A stretch of DNA of 64,000 nt from Octopus sinensis (GCF_006345805.1 NC_043001.1:111166001-111230000), one strand, 5' to 3'; shown: positions 50,083 through 63,440, counted from the first letter of the stretch. The notes: a model not told the origin generated them from the letters alone. Made by a program: numbers and translations.

Positions 50083-51145
50083 ATGTATAGATATGAATGG
50101 ATTTTTGTGGTTACATATATGTGTATGCATGTATTTATCTATGAGTGTATGTATAATGTATAAACAGAAAGTAGGAATTTTCAATAATTTCCACCAAACA
50201 TATATGGATTATATTTAGCTGTGAGTTCAGGGAATATTTACAAATGATTATTCAATCACATCGCTATACTAGATTGTTATCCACCTCACTCATCCGAATT
50301 GCTGGTCGCCTCTTTATGAGTGCAGTAAGTATATTGTTTTTTTTCTTGTTATTCTGTTTGTTTGTTTTTTATGCTTCAGTAACGATTTTTAGTAATAGCA
50401 TCAAAGTAACGTGTTTTTTTATATAATATATTTCAACAACTTTAGGCATTCAGCCTCCATCCAGGGTTTTCGACGTGCTAAAATGCAGAGCGAATCTTCC
50501 CACATATTCACTACTAGTTTATAAAATGCAATCCCTAATATACAAATGAAAAATATCTATTAGAAGCACAAACGAGGAAAGGCTAATTTGCATCTGTTTT
50601 ATTCACCGAATATGTTTTCATCTTCATTCGTACTAATCCCATAACGAAACATATTTAAATTTACCAGAGGTCTGATTAAGCCATCTTGGATAAGTAGTTA
50701 TTAATTATTGTAGCACCATTTAAAGCACAAATATCCACTTTGATCTATCTAATAATATGCTAGCTTAACTTATGACCGCTTTTTAAGTAGGTGTTATACG
50801 ATACAGATGGGGAAAGAACTGTATGCACGTCTTTTCTATGGATCCACCATCAATGTGTGAAATTGTTCATGGGGAAACGCGCTCGCTTCTTTCCCGCAGA
50901 TCAGCAATAAAGAAGCAATTTTTCTACATTTTAAAATGTTATTGTTGTTTAATCCTCTGACAGGATAGATATAATTTAAACTTTATATATTCTTTTCATT
51001 TAAATTGTGTTCTACATAATAGTCGATTTTTCCATTCTCATTATCTTTGTAGCAAGTCTCAGGGTGAATTTTACTTATGAACAAAATTATCATAAAATAA
51101 AAACCATGTTTTCTTTTAAGGACAAGGAATATGGAATTTAATTTT

Positions 51146-51570
51146 CGTAGGAGTGGCTGTGTGGTAAGTAGCTTGCTTACTAACCACATGGTTCCGGGTT
51201 CAGTCCCACTGCGTGGCACCTTGGGCGAGTGTTTTCTACTATTGCCTCCGCCCGACCAAAGCCTTGTGAGTGGATTTGATAGACAGAAACTGAAAGAAGC
51301 CCGTCGTATATATGTATATGTATATATGTATGTATGTATGTGTGTATGTTTGTATGTGTGTATATATTTGTGTGTCTGTGTTTGTCCCCACAGCACCGCT
51401 TGACAACCGATGCTGGTGTGTTTACGTCCCAGTAACTTACCACTTCGGCAAAAGAGACCGATAGAATAAGTAATAGGCTTACAAAGAATAAGTCCTGGGG
51501 TCGGTTTGGTCGACTAAAGGCGGTGCTCCAGCATGGCCACATTTAAATAGCTAAAACGAATAAAGAGTAA
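51146..51570 (+). mobile_element. SINE family A, near full length
   Basis: Collinear with 97-490. Confidence 0.9.
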
Positions 51571-52170
51571 TTACGATCAAAATTCATATATTGACGACAA
51601 TTGCTGCTAATATACAGGATCTGGCCTGGTTGTTTCTGATTTGCAATTATATTCCGTAGTTTTGTGCAGAAGATAGGACCACTACGAGAAAAGACTGCAA
51701 TATCCACGAAACGACTTTCTGGTGAAATGGCTATTACTTTATTGTAATCCACGGAGGATTAATTTATTTGATCAAATGAATCACCTACACCTGTGTTAGT
51801 GTGCAAGTGTGTGAACTTTCCAGAGGAACGTGTACCCTTAATATAAACCTCAAACAGAATCAGCGTTTTATATTGTGTAAAAATAGGCATTATACTCGAT
51901 AAAAAGTGGCAACCCACATTCCGGGCATCCCCACAGTCTCATTCGCAATTTCACTAACAATATATAGGTCAGGCTGATGATACACATGTAACAATTGTCC
52001 AAAATATTATGCAACGGAATCGAAAACATAACCTTCTGTTTGGAAGCGTATTGCTTTACCATTCAGGCATACTACACACCTTAACATATGATAATACATC
52101 AGCAGAGATATGTTAATATTTGATGACCTTAATCACACTTCATGATAAACATATTTCTGTGGATTGCAGA

Positions 52171-52478
52171 AACATGAATATGGACTGGAGCAACTTGGAT
52201 GTGGATTGGAGCAATATGAATATGGATGGCACAAAATGAATGTGGACTGGAGCAACATGAATGTGAATGAGGACTAGAGCGACATAAATGGTGAACGGTG
52301 CAACATTAGTGAAGAACTAAGCAACATGAACAAAGAATGTAGCAACATGAATAAGCATTGGAGCAACATGAATGAAAAATTAAGCAACATAAATGAAGAA
52401 TGGAGAAACATGAATGAGGAATATAACAACATGAAAGTGGCCTGGAGCAACGTGAATGAGAACTAGAGCATTATGAAA
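52171..52478 (+). repeat. Degenerate 21-bp minisatellite (~14-15 units; consensus about ggagcaacatgaatgaggact)
   Basis: Periodic agcaacatgaa motif; the unit matches the SINE segment ctggagcaacgtgaa at 43374-43386. Confidence 0.85.
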
Positions 52479-52572
52479 GTGTTTTTCTCAAGAACACAAC
52501 GCGTCTCTCGGTCTGGGAGTCGAACTCACGACATAAAGGTCGTGAGTGCAAATCCTAATAACTACGCCACGC
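52478..52572 (-). mobile_element. SINE head (same type as 43227-43490) from which the 21-bp array extends
   Basis: gtgtttttctcaagaacacaacgcg...ggtctgggagtcgaactc matches gtgttttgctcaagaacacaacgcg at 43392. Confidence 0.7.
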
Positions 52573-53232
52573 TCATTCACACGCTGTTTATATAATCCAC
52601 ATATTTGCTTATCACAAATGAGAACCTTTTTAGCTGAATGTCTTCACGTATACGTTATCTGAAACACATAATTTACGATTCTCTGCTATTTATATAAACA
52701 CAAAAGAACGCATACGCACTATTCTTGAAGAGGTATCCGCAAATAATTGTGGCTAAGAAATACACATTAAAGTACATCCGGAAACGTATCTCTCGGGATG
52801 TATTTTGATATTACAAATGAAAATCGATATTGAAATCACTGATGATATTCTCTCATCTAGTTCATCGTCATTCGTACTTGTTGGATGGACTGTTTGTTTT
52901 CTTCGCGTTCTTACAACGTCGCTGCTCGTCCTCGTTGTTGTTGTTGTTGTTGCTGTTATTGCTGTCGAGATTGCTCTTTTAACTTAATACATCTCGACAT
53001 TTATTCTTCTTTTCTTTTTGCGTGGGCGGTCGGTTAGAACAGGAGAAGCGAAAGGTCATCGATCCGTTTATTTTTAGAAAGAGACAAAATCTTCCCATCA
53101 AATGCTTCTTAATATATTTTTGATGGATCGTATTTGTTTTTCCTCGGTTTCTATTTGAGTATATTAACGATAGAAATGACAACTGATAGTGACATCAATG
53201 TACAACAACAATGAAACCACAAAAATAACAGC

Positions 53233-53395
53233 GATAATAATAATAATAATAATTATAATAATAATAATAATAATAATAACAATAATAATAATAATAATAG
53301 TAATAATAATAATAATAATAATAATGATAATAGTAATGATGATAATAATAATAACAACAACAACAACAACAGCAACAACAACAATAATAATAATA

Positions 53396-53440
<45 letters not shown>
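53233..53440. repeat. (AAT)n/(AAC)n microsatellite (5' flank of Dong-like LINE)
   Basis: Direct inspection. Confidence 0.95.
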
Positions 53441-53441
<1 letters not shown>

Positions 53442-55473
53442 TCAACTAATGATTAATAAAGCCGTAACTGAAGACAGCCACAGAAAGAAGAAAGGCCTCA
53501 GTATGGCCTGGATTGACTACAAAAAGGCGTTTGATAGCATCCCCCACACATGGATCCTCGAAACACTAGCCATTAACAAAGTAGCACCAACAATTATAAA
53601 ATTCATAGAGCACTCTATGAATAAATGGCAAACAGTCCTACACCTCCAAACAAAAGAGGGACTCATGAAAACCAAAGACATCCCCATTAGAAGAGGAATA
53701 TTCCAGGGAGACACGCTCTCTCCACTCCTTTTCTGCTTGGCACTGTCACCTCTATCTGATATGCTAAATAGAACTGGATGCGGATATAAATGTTACGGCA
53801 AAACGATCAGCCACATTTGGATGACCTAAAACTATACGCTGCAAATGACAAACAGCTGGAAACACTATTAAAGACAGTTCATGGATTTACCAAAGAAATA
53901 GATATGAAATTTGGATTAGAAAAATGCGCCAAAGTAACCCTGAAAAGAGGAAAACTAGTTAAGAGTAACAACATCACACTAGATAAAACCAATGAAATAA
54001 AAGAATTAGACCAAAGCCAAACTTACAAATACTTAGGAATCCATGAACTAGATAAGACACAACACACACAAATGAAAGAGAAAATAAAAAAAGAATATTA
54101 TAGACGAGTTAGATCAATATTAAACACAGAGCTCAATGCTAAAAACAAGATAATTGGTATCAACACTTTAGCTGTCCCAGTTATAAGTTACAGCTACAGT
54201 ATCCTTAACTGGACACGAAATGAACTGACCAAAATAGATAGGAAAACAAGAAAAATAATGACAGGATCTAGGATGCATCACCCAAAATCTGACATAGAAA
54301 GACTATATATACAACGTATAGAAGGTGGTAGAGGCCTTATACAGCTGGAAAACTACTATAAAATAACCACCATAGGACTGCAAAAATATCTACTTCAGAA
54401 GGAAGGAAAACTGATCCAGATAGCGGCAAAACACGAGCAAAACAAAAAACTGTTCTCAGTTTTAAGGAAACTAACAAATACAAACAAGAAATCATACCAC
54501 CTAATAAACATGAAGAAGAAGAAGAAGATGAAGAAACAACAAAAGCTATAAAACAAATGAAATCCAAACTAAAAATAGAACAGCAACGAACCATGATAAA
54601 ACGATGGCAAGAAAAGCCCCTCCATGGTAAATACTGGACTAAACTAAACGCAAAAGAAATAGACAAAGAAAAATTCCAGCAATGGTTGAGAAGCTCAGGA
54701 CTCAAAGCAGAAACAGAGGGATTTTTAATTGCAGCACAAGACCAAAGCCTCCCCACCAGAAATTACCAAAAACATGTAATGAAAAGAAATATTACAAGTA
54801 ACTGCAGAATATGTGGAGATGGACAAGAAACAATAAATCATATTATCTCTAGCTGCCCAGTCTTGGCTAAGAAGGAATATATTCACAGACATGACAGAGT
54901 TGGAACCTACATACATTGGAAGCTATGCCAACCTTATAGAATAACAACAGAAAAAAGATGGTATAGGCACACACCAGAAAAGGTCACAGAAAACGAGAAA
55001 GCAACCATACTCTGGGATATGCCGATACACACAGATAGAGAAATTAAGGCCAACAAACCAGATATAGTTGTCAGAGATCATGAAGACAAAAAATGCTTTC
55101 TAATTGATGTATCAATACCAGCTGATGACAACGTGTCTCTAAAAGAAATGGAGAAACTCTCAAAATACAAAGACCTGGAAATAGAGGTAACTAAAATGTG
55201 GAATCTGAAAACAGAAACAATTCCTATCATAAGAGGTGCATTAGGCATGATAAAAAAATATTCAGACAAATACATAACAAAAACACCAGGACTTACAAAC
55301 ACATATAACATACAGAAAATTGCACTACTAGGCACTGCACACATCCTACGCAGAACACTTTCCATACAAAAACCATCAGAGCATCACAACAAATCACAGC
55401 ACATACCTAAGGCACACAGAGCTGTGCTCGGTAGTGAAGTGAAAGCACGCTATAAAAATAAAACTACTGAATG
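53441..55473 (+). mobile_element. R4/Dong-clade non-LTR retrotransposon (RT, CCHC knuckle, restriction-like endonuclease), 5'-truncated, inserted in (TAA)n
   Basis: WIDYKKAFDSIPH, GIFQGDTLSPLLF, (H)LDDLKLYA, YKYLG, AAQDQ, CRICG..ETINHIISSC, KPDIVV..LIDVSIP..EKLSKYKDL. Frameshifts near 53815 and 54460. Confidence 0.95.
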
Positions 55474-55541
55474 ATAATAATAATAATAATAATATTAATA
55501 ATATTAATAATAATAATAATAATAATATGAATAATAATAAT

Positions 55542-55605
<64 letters not shown>

Positions 55606-55606
55606 G
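55474..55606. repeat. (TAA)n microsatellite (3' flank of Dong-like LINE)
   Basis: Direct inspection. Confidence 0.95.
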
Positions 55607-55614
55607 ATTCAATT

Positions 55615-55822
55615 TTCCGCGCAAGGACAGTATTTTTTTTTTGGAGGGGATAAGTTGATTACATCGACCCCCGTACACAATTGGTACTTATTTCATCGAC
55701 CCCAAAAGAATGAAAGGCAAAATCGACCTTCGCGGAATTTGAATTAAGAACGTAAAGACGAATGAAATGCCGCTAGGCATATTTGACCGGCATTGTAACG
55801 ATTTTGACATTCTTGCCGCCGT
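55615..55822 (-). mobile_element. SINE family C
   Basis: Reverse complement of the central domain tttgcctttcattcttttggggtcgatgaaataagtacc. Confidence 0.8.
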
Positions 55823-56392
55823 ACATAATATCAAAAATATTAACTAGTAAAATGAATCTAAATGACTACGTACAAAATAATTTAGTAGATATTACAACAA
55901 TAATTTATAAGAAAATAATATGAGCCATTGATAAACTATACATTCTCGACCTCTTTATGTATCATCACTTTCCTAATGCTGATAAGAATTTAAGTAGCGG
56001 CAGCAGGAATACGCATGCTCAAGATACTCACATTTTTCGGTAGTCGAACACAGAAAGTGCTTCCTCAGCACAAGCCGAGTATGTTATTTATCGACACCGG
56101 TGTCACAAAAAGACGGTATTTGAAACGACTCGGAAGAATTGAAAAGGATCATACTCAAGGCCTTTCACTAAGGGGTCGAACAAAGTCGAACAAAAGGGTC
56201 TTCATGATTACAAACCGAGAAACTTATTCATCATGCTGACAGACAAAGAGACAGATAGACAGACACACACACATACACACACACACACACGCTCAAACGC
56301 AGATACATATGCGCGCACTACAACTTCAATAATAGTTGTTGATGTGTTTGTGTCCCTGTTATTTAGCATTTCAACAAAAATATGGGGAGAAT

Positions 56393-56808
56393 AACTCTCT
56401 TTTACTCTTTTACTCTTTTACTTGTTTCAGTCATTTGACTGCGGCCATGCTGGAGCACCACCTTTAGTCGAGCAAATCGACCCCGGGACTTATTCTTTGT
56501 AAGCCCAGTACTTATTCTATCTGTCTCTTTTGCCGAACCGCTAAGTGACGGGGACATAAACACACCAGCATCGGTTGTCAAGCAATGCTAAGGGGACAAA
56601 CACAGACACACAAACACATACACTTATATATATATACATATATACGACAGGCTTCTTTCAGTTTCCGCCTACCAAATCTACTCACAAGGCATTGGTCGGC
56701 CCGGGGCTATAGCAGAAGACACTTGCCCAAGATGCCACGCAGTGGGACTGAACCCGGAACCATGTGGTTGGTTAGCAAGCTACTTACCACACAGCCACTC
56801 CTGCGCCT
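56393..56808 (-). mobile_element. SINE family A, young full copy
   Basis: Near-identical to 28261-28673. Confidence 0.92.
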
Positions 56809-58344
56809 AAGTACCTGATTTTCTTTTTTTTTTCTTAATCACTAACTATTACAGTTGATTTGTTCGACCAAGATATATAAATGGTATGGCTCAGCATGGT
56901 CACTGTCCAGTGATTGAAAGAGGTGTGTATCTATGGAAATACGAAACTACTATTGCGATGTTGTTTCTAAATTATTCCTCTCCTAAAAAGGAAACCGCTA
57001 ATGACGTCAATGAAAACACTGGGTGTTGTTAACGATCGGGCATAAATCACTGTTTTCATTATCAATTTCATTAATAACAAAAATATCGAATTTCAGATTT
57101 ACGTTGGTTTGGTTGACAATTTCTCATTAAATAACTCATCCTACAATGAGGACACTACGTAGACAATAGGTGAGTGAGAAATATAAGTCAAATATCATTG
57201 TAACTGTATTTTTAATGCATTAGCTTAAAAATCTACTTCTTAACAAGTTACTTATCAAGTCGCATCGTAAGCATCGGAATGTTACACTGTTACTTAACCA
57301 GGAAGTTGTACGCCCACTGTCTCGGTTTATCACATTATGCGTAGGCTTTGGTAACCATAGAGACACACAAACAAAATTAAATAAAAGCAAAATAGTCATT
57401 GTATAATTTACATACATCAGCGGATATCTCTACTGTTCCTACAATAACAAAACAATCTAGTCAGCAGCTATAGATTGCTTTAGCGATGTGCCAAATAAGA
57501 ATATATGAAATTTATACCGAAACACAATACCTCGTGGAGCAAGAACCTGGAAAAGAGAAGCCATATCATTCAGGAAAATTGTAGTGTCATTCATATCTAG
57601 AAACCACCAAAATATTAATACTTAGTATTTCAATGACACGCTGCGAAACTACAAAATATTCAACTTAGAGGATGTAAAGTGTGTAAAACAGTTATCGCCA
57701 CATCCATAAGGAGATATATTAGACAAAATCACACATACAAAACATAGTATTGTTTCTTACTACGTATCTTCAGCATAACTCATTCTTGTAATATTAATGA
57801 CAAATAAGTAAAATATTCACTATTTATTCGGTCTAGTAGATATTAAGCTGATGAACCACATCAGAAAATACTTCGGAAAACGTACATAATCTCCACGCTG
57901 ACTCATTCAGATAAGGAGTTAAATCAAACTCAACATTATTAACGAGACTCGTTTCAGCCCTTAAAGATAAATGATTCAACAAACCAACACAGTGTAGTAT
58001 ATGACGAAAATGAAGATATTTACCTAAATGGTGTAAATATCCTACTTTGACTGACTGAAATTATCTGTGTTCTGATAGTTCAGAGGCAGAATTATAGACG
58101 AAAATTAACATGAAAATAAACACTCTCATGCACGTGTATTTCAGGTAGTAATTCCACAACATAATAGTTATATGCCGAAACTAAAACTACATAGCAATAT
58201 TATAAGACATACATTAGAATTTCTATACTGGTGGACATGCAGCTGAAGATCTTCGCGATTTTTTATAAGAATTTGGTTTAGAACTCATTGACAGTATTGA
58301 TTAAGGTACAAATGTGAACTACTGGGAATGCAGTGCTGACATGT

Positions 58345-58515
58345 ATTTTTGTGCGACTTGATGTGTTTACGTTCCCGTGACTTAGCGGTTCGGTAAAAGA
58401 GACCGATATAATAAGTACTGGGCTTACAAAAATACGTCCTGGGGTCGATTTGCTCGACTAAAGGCGGTGCTCCAGCATGGCCATAGTCAAATGACTGAAA
58501 CAATTAAAAGAGTAG
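58345..58515 (+). mobile_element. SINE family A, 3' half
   Basis: ...gactaaaggcggtgctccagcatggccatagtcaaatgactgaaacaa. Confidence 0.85.
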
Positions 58516-58821
58516 TAGTTCGGCACGGTCAGAGTTGGCATGAGAAATAAACAACAATAATTATATACGCAACAATAAGAAGCAAAAGCATATAATTTTT
58601 TTTTTAATGAACAGCATCAACAGCGATAATACTTATTATAGGCAAAACACCCGAAATTTGTTGGGGAAGCCAGACGATTACGTTGGCCTTTGTAATTAAA
58701 TTGTAATTATTTATCAAGAGCGAAAGGATGAACTGCACAATTGACCTCGGCAGAGATTGAACTCAGAAAGCGAAGACAGTCGACACGCTCATTAGAAGTT
58801 TGTTCATCGTAAAAGGGACAC

Positions 58822-59140
58822 TGCGTGGAGGCGCAATGACCCAGTGTTTAGAGCAGCGGATTCGCGGTCGGAGGATCACGGTTTCGATTCCCAGACCCGG
58901 CGCTGTGTGTGTTTATTGAGCGAAAACACCTAAAACACCAGGAGGCTCCGGCAGGGGTTGGTGGCGACCCTTGTTGTACTCTTTCGCCCCAACTTTCTTT
59001 CACTCTTTCTTCCTGTTTCTTGAGTAACGCTGCGATGGGCTGGCGTCCCGTTCAGCTGGGGGGAACACATACGCCATAAAAACCGGGAAACCGGGCCCAT
59101 GAGCCTGGCTAGGCTTGAAAAGGGCGCATAAATAAATAAT
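58822..59140 (+). mobile_element. SINE family B, tail type 1, full length
   Basis: tRNA-like head, gagcgaaaacacctaaa core, tail ccgggaaaccgggcccatgagcctggctaggcttgaaaagggcgcataaataaat. Confidence 0.88.
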
Positions 59141-61331
59141 AAAATGGACTTTCCTCGCTCTCTGCCTTTCAACAACATCACCAACAATATTAATTACAAA
59201 TTTGAATCACAATAGTTTGAATGTAGCCAATACGTTCTTGGAAATCGTCTTGCTTTTTCTTAGCAATGTTCTCCTGAATATTGGTTGCCATTTAAACCAG
59301 ATATACATCATCTATATTCCTACATGGTATTATTGTTGTTGTTGATAATCTTGCTGTTATATTCATCTTTATGTGGTTGGTATTTCTGTAAATATTTTCA
59401 TTTTTGTTTCTGTTGCTGTCATGGTCTTTGACTTTGTTTTCGATTTCATTATTTTAGCTTCATGTGTACCTTGATCCAGAAGAACCTTAATCAACAATGT
59501 GGCTGCTATCTACTTACAGAATTATTGAATATCCAGAGGAAAATATGCAGGAACTTTGAATATTTTTGTAGTTCTTTGAGGTTTATGATTGGAAGGAAGA
59601 AATATACTTTCTCTTATGAGAACTGGCTTAAATGTACACAACACCATTTGCTTGCCATATTTTCGCCTATCTGTCCAGGTATATATTTCTATCAGTCCAC
59701 CAAGCGTCTGTCGCATTATATCACGTATTTTGTACAACAATATCTGCAATATTATTCTTTCCATCTATTTATAAGTTTCAGGTATTATATTATTTCATTT
59801 TTTTTCTCATGAAATATATCACCATCTTTCATTCACACTGTATCACTCTCTACCCCTACTCCATCAAACAGTTTTTCTCCTCTTTCAAAGCGTTTGTCCT
59901 TATATCAATAATTCATTTATTGTGTATCTCGAGTTCTCATTCATCATTCTTCTACTCCATCTATACACACATATTCACTTTGTAACCGTCCTTTCATCCA
60001 AACGTTCCAATTCATATCTCTATTTACCCCCTCTTTATGTTTATTTATCTATTCAAAATAGATAAATGAGATTACATTAAAATGTATTTGCAATTCCAAA
60101 CTCTGACGCACTTCACTTCCTCTCATTTTATCCAATTCCTTCTTTCATACAACTTAGCCCTATTTCGTCGGTTATAAAATATATTACAAATATCAAAAAT
60201 GTTACTTATGTTACAGCATATGATAATTTTCAAGATTGCAATATTATTTCAAGCATAACATTTTGAACATTCCTTCGTGTAATGAAAAATTTGTTTTCTC
60301 TACGTATTCTCTGTCGTAACCCATTGGGATTTACATAGTATTCCTTAGAAACTCATACCGACAAAAGATGATTGTCACATGTCTTAAATACGTAACTAAA
60401 ATAAAAAGAATAATAGGTGTGTCGCGAAATTTGATAGATTCCCTTAAAAGTGCCTACAGGGAAAAAGGTTAAATATCAGAAACTTGTTTCAAAAATATTA
60501 TTATAAAGTATATTAAGCCGTGTCTGTTGACGTTGTAAATACCACAACAAGTTTGAGAATGTAACTAGGATGTTAATCTGAGCTCCATAATAAAGAACTC
60601 GTAGACTTTTCATTCTGAACGTCGTAGCTGACGGAATAAATACAGAAGAATCTCACTAACATTAAGTGAGTGATTTGCGTCAAAGGCAAACTAAATTATG
60701 TATGAATCCTCAAATCAACTTAAGTGTATATACAGATAATAAGTAAGCTATGTATAATTCATAAATTGCTCATTAGCTTATTTTATGGGTATTATCCTGT
60801 TCCTTCTTTTGAATCACTCCATGAAATCGATATTTATATCTCTAAACTAAGTGAAGCCTACCATTTATAATTTATAAATTGCTCATTATTTTATCTTGTC
60901 GATGTAAAATTTGTCTCATTTTGAAACACTTCATGGGATTGATAGATATCTCCATAGATACTCCGTCAGACAAAAGTGTAACGCATTCCTTGAAGGTGTG
61001 CAGCCCGCTTCAGTTAATTTGCTACGTGCAGCTCAAAAAGAAAGGCATGTTGTTATCCATCAATTGAATTAAACTCTTTCGTATTATCTAAATTATCTAA
61101 ACCAGTACACGTTACTGTTCCGTAAGAAGTGCTACACCTCAATATTCAGTGTAAATGCACATGTACTTTTACACAAGTACGTACACACAAGTGCGTATAT
61201 ACGTGTATATATATATATATATATATATATAGTCAATCCAAACGGGAGCAAACAAGAAAAAAACAAAAACGCGGGAACGTGGAATTAGTGCAGTTTTATT
61301 GGACGCTCAGTAAAGGAAAGAAAAGCAAGGT

Positions 61332-61368
61332 TATTTCACGTTTTGAGCGGAGCTCTTCATCAGAAATA
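61332..61368 (-). ncRNA. Degenerate hammerhead motif in a (TA)n-flanked insert (61231-61430)
   Basis: Minus strand: tattt-CTGATGA-agagc tcc gctc-AAAAC-gt-g-aaata. The GAAA box and the H17 position are mutated. Confidence 0.45.
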
Positions 61369-61459
61369 TAGAAAAAGTCCAAAGAAGAAGGGAAGACGGA
61401 GAAACAAAATCGCCAAGGATACACACACTGTTACAGGCAGGTAGACAGTCAGAGACACA

Positions 61460-61460
61460 G

Positions 61461-61534
<74 letters not shown>

Positions 61535-61571
61535 GATAGATAGATATATAGATAGATAGATAGATAGATAT

Positions 61572-61619
<48 letters not shown>

Positions 61620-61670
61620 GAGGGTGAGAGAGATATAAAGAAAGAGAGAGAAAGTGAGAGAGAGATATAT
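61460..61670. repeat. (TA)n/(GATA)n/(GA)n microsatellite
   Basis: Direct inspection. Confidence 0.95.
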
Positions 61671-62720
61671 ATATGCCTACATACACGAACGTTGCTATAT
61701 TTTAAGCGAATGGCAGACGAGAGCTCAACACGTGTTTAGGGTATGTTCTTTTATCGAAATTGAAACTCGAGTCGCGAGACAAATTCCCACTTTCATGTTT
61801 CTTTATCTTCTATATTTTTTTGTTGTTTCATTAATTAGACTGCCGTCATGTCGGGGCACCACCTTCAAGAAATGGATTGACTCTAGTTCGTATTCCTGGT
61901 AGGAAATATGTGGATAGCAGTTTACTGCCTAGAACCTAAGGAATTCACAAGTTTCCAGCATTCTTTCAACTGCAAAGAAACCTCCTGATAATCTTTGCTG
62001 TCACTAAGAGACAAAAATGTATGCGTACATGTGTGTATGTACGCGCGCGTGTTTGTGTGCACGTTTGATTAACTTGCAGTTTTAATTGCAAAATATCTTA
62101 GCCAATTTAATGTCAGTAAGGGAGTAACGCTTAAGCAATAGGAATAAAGAATATATTTCTAAAATGAATGTTTACATTCTAAGTCGGCGAGCTGGCAGGA
62201 GCGCTAGCGCACCAGGCGAAATGCTTAACAATATTTCGTCTGTCTTTACGCTCTCAGCGCTGGTCTTGTTGCATGGTATAATCATGGGCGTGTTTTATTG
62301 TAGATAATGTTGAGCATTGTTAAAGTTAAAGTGCTGCTTCTCGGACTGCTCTCGCGAGAACGTTTGATTAGTGGAGATATTAAAGCATCAAACAAAATAC
62401 CTTGCACGATTTTCCGGCGCTGTTGCGTCTGATCTGAATTTAAACCCTTCTGAGATCAGATTTTATCCATCTTCCTCGAGAGGTTAATAAACATGTTTAG
62501 CAACGAATATTCTCAGGTGAAGCCTTCCCCTCATTACGTTTTATGTTTTCACTCTTTCAAAGGTCGGCTGTCTATGTCATCGATTCATTTCGCGAAACTC
62601 TAAACAGAAATAAAAGCATGAAGTATAGTTCTATAAAGCCGTATTCAAATTCAATTCATGGTGAGGAAAAGAAAATATGGTGTTAAAAATACTGATGTGT
62701 GCTACACGTTTATTAGTTTA

Positions 62721-63000
62721 CATGGTCTGATCAATAAGTATCCGAACTGTTGCTATAGGAGCGAAGCTAAAGCACGGAGAATGAAGCCGCCTGGTACAGA
62801 TTGACTATAAACTCTGTTGTGCATGTGCACGAATATTTGACATTCTAGCGCACTCCCGCTGTTTACAGCAGTGCTTGGATGCAAGGTTTATAGCGTGTGA
62901 TCGTCGCAAGGACAATGGCTCAAAAAGTTGAGCAGAGGATCTGTACCAAATTTTGCCAGCTTTGCGATACCTGCTCAGAGGCCTACGCAAATTTTTCAAA
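62721..63000 (+). mobile_element. Mariner 5' fragment (TIR plus transposase start)
   Basis: TA|catggtctgatcaataagtatcc TIR-like end; from 62915 MAQKVEQRICTKFCQL.DTCSEAYA. Confidence 0.75.
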
Positions 63001-63440
63001 AATTTTCATCGTTCTCCACACTATCAAGATCTTGTGCAACTGTCACCCGAGAGTCCTTTTGGTCCGCTGAAATCGGTTTTGTCACACTTTTGGCAGACGC
63101 GGTTCTCTCTCCCACATCCTCAGTGATTAAGTTCTGAAATGAACCGTAACTAATCTGCACATCCTGTGATAACTCACGGACGGTGATTCAACGATTTTAC
63201 TTCAGATTTGCAAGCAACCCCTCTGCGATGTTTTTTTCACTTCTGATGGTTGCATGTCTCCGAGAACATTCGCCAATATCTTCATTTTTTAGGCCATCTT
63301 CGAAACGTCAGAACCACTCGTACACTTGTGTGTGGCTCATACACTCCTCTCCATACACATTCTGCAACTTTGCATAGGCTTCTGAACAGGTATCGCCATG
63401 AGAACTTTGTGATGGTCAATGCGACGATCGTCAAAGCATA
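63001..63440 (-). pseudogene. Mariner transposase N-terminal fragment, opposite orientation
   Basis: Minus strand: GDTCSEAYAKLQNVYGEECMSHTQVYEWF*RFEDG, then broken frames up to QDL..VENDENF. Confidence 0.8.

Noticed and set aside
52171-52478. CRISPR-like periodicity
   Set aside because: Contiguous degenerate units with no unique spacers and no cas genes, in a eukaryotic context
519-61686. Numerous ORFs rich in [16 protein letters not shown], poly-I/N/L
   Set aside because: They are translations of (TA)n, (TG)n, (GATA)n and (TAA)n microsatellites, which lack stops in some frames
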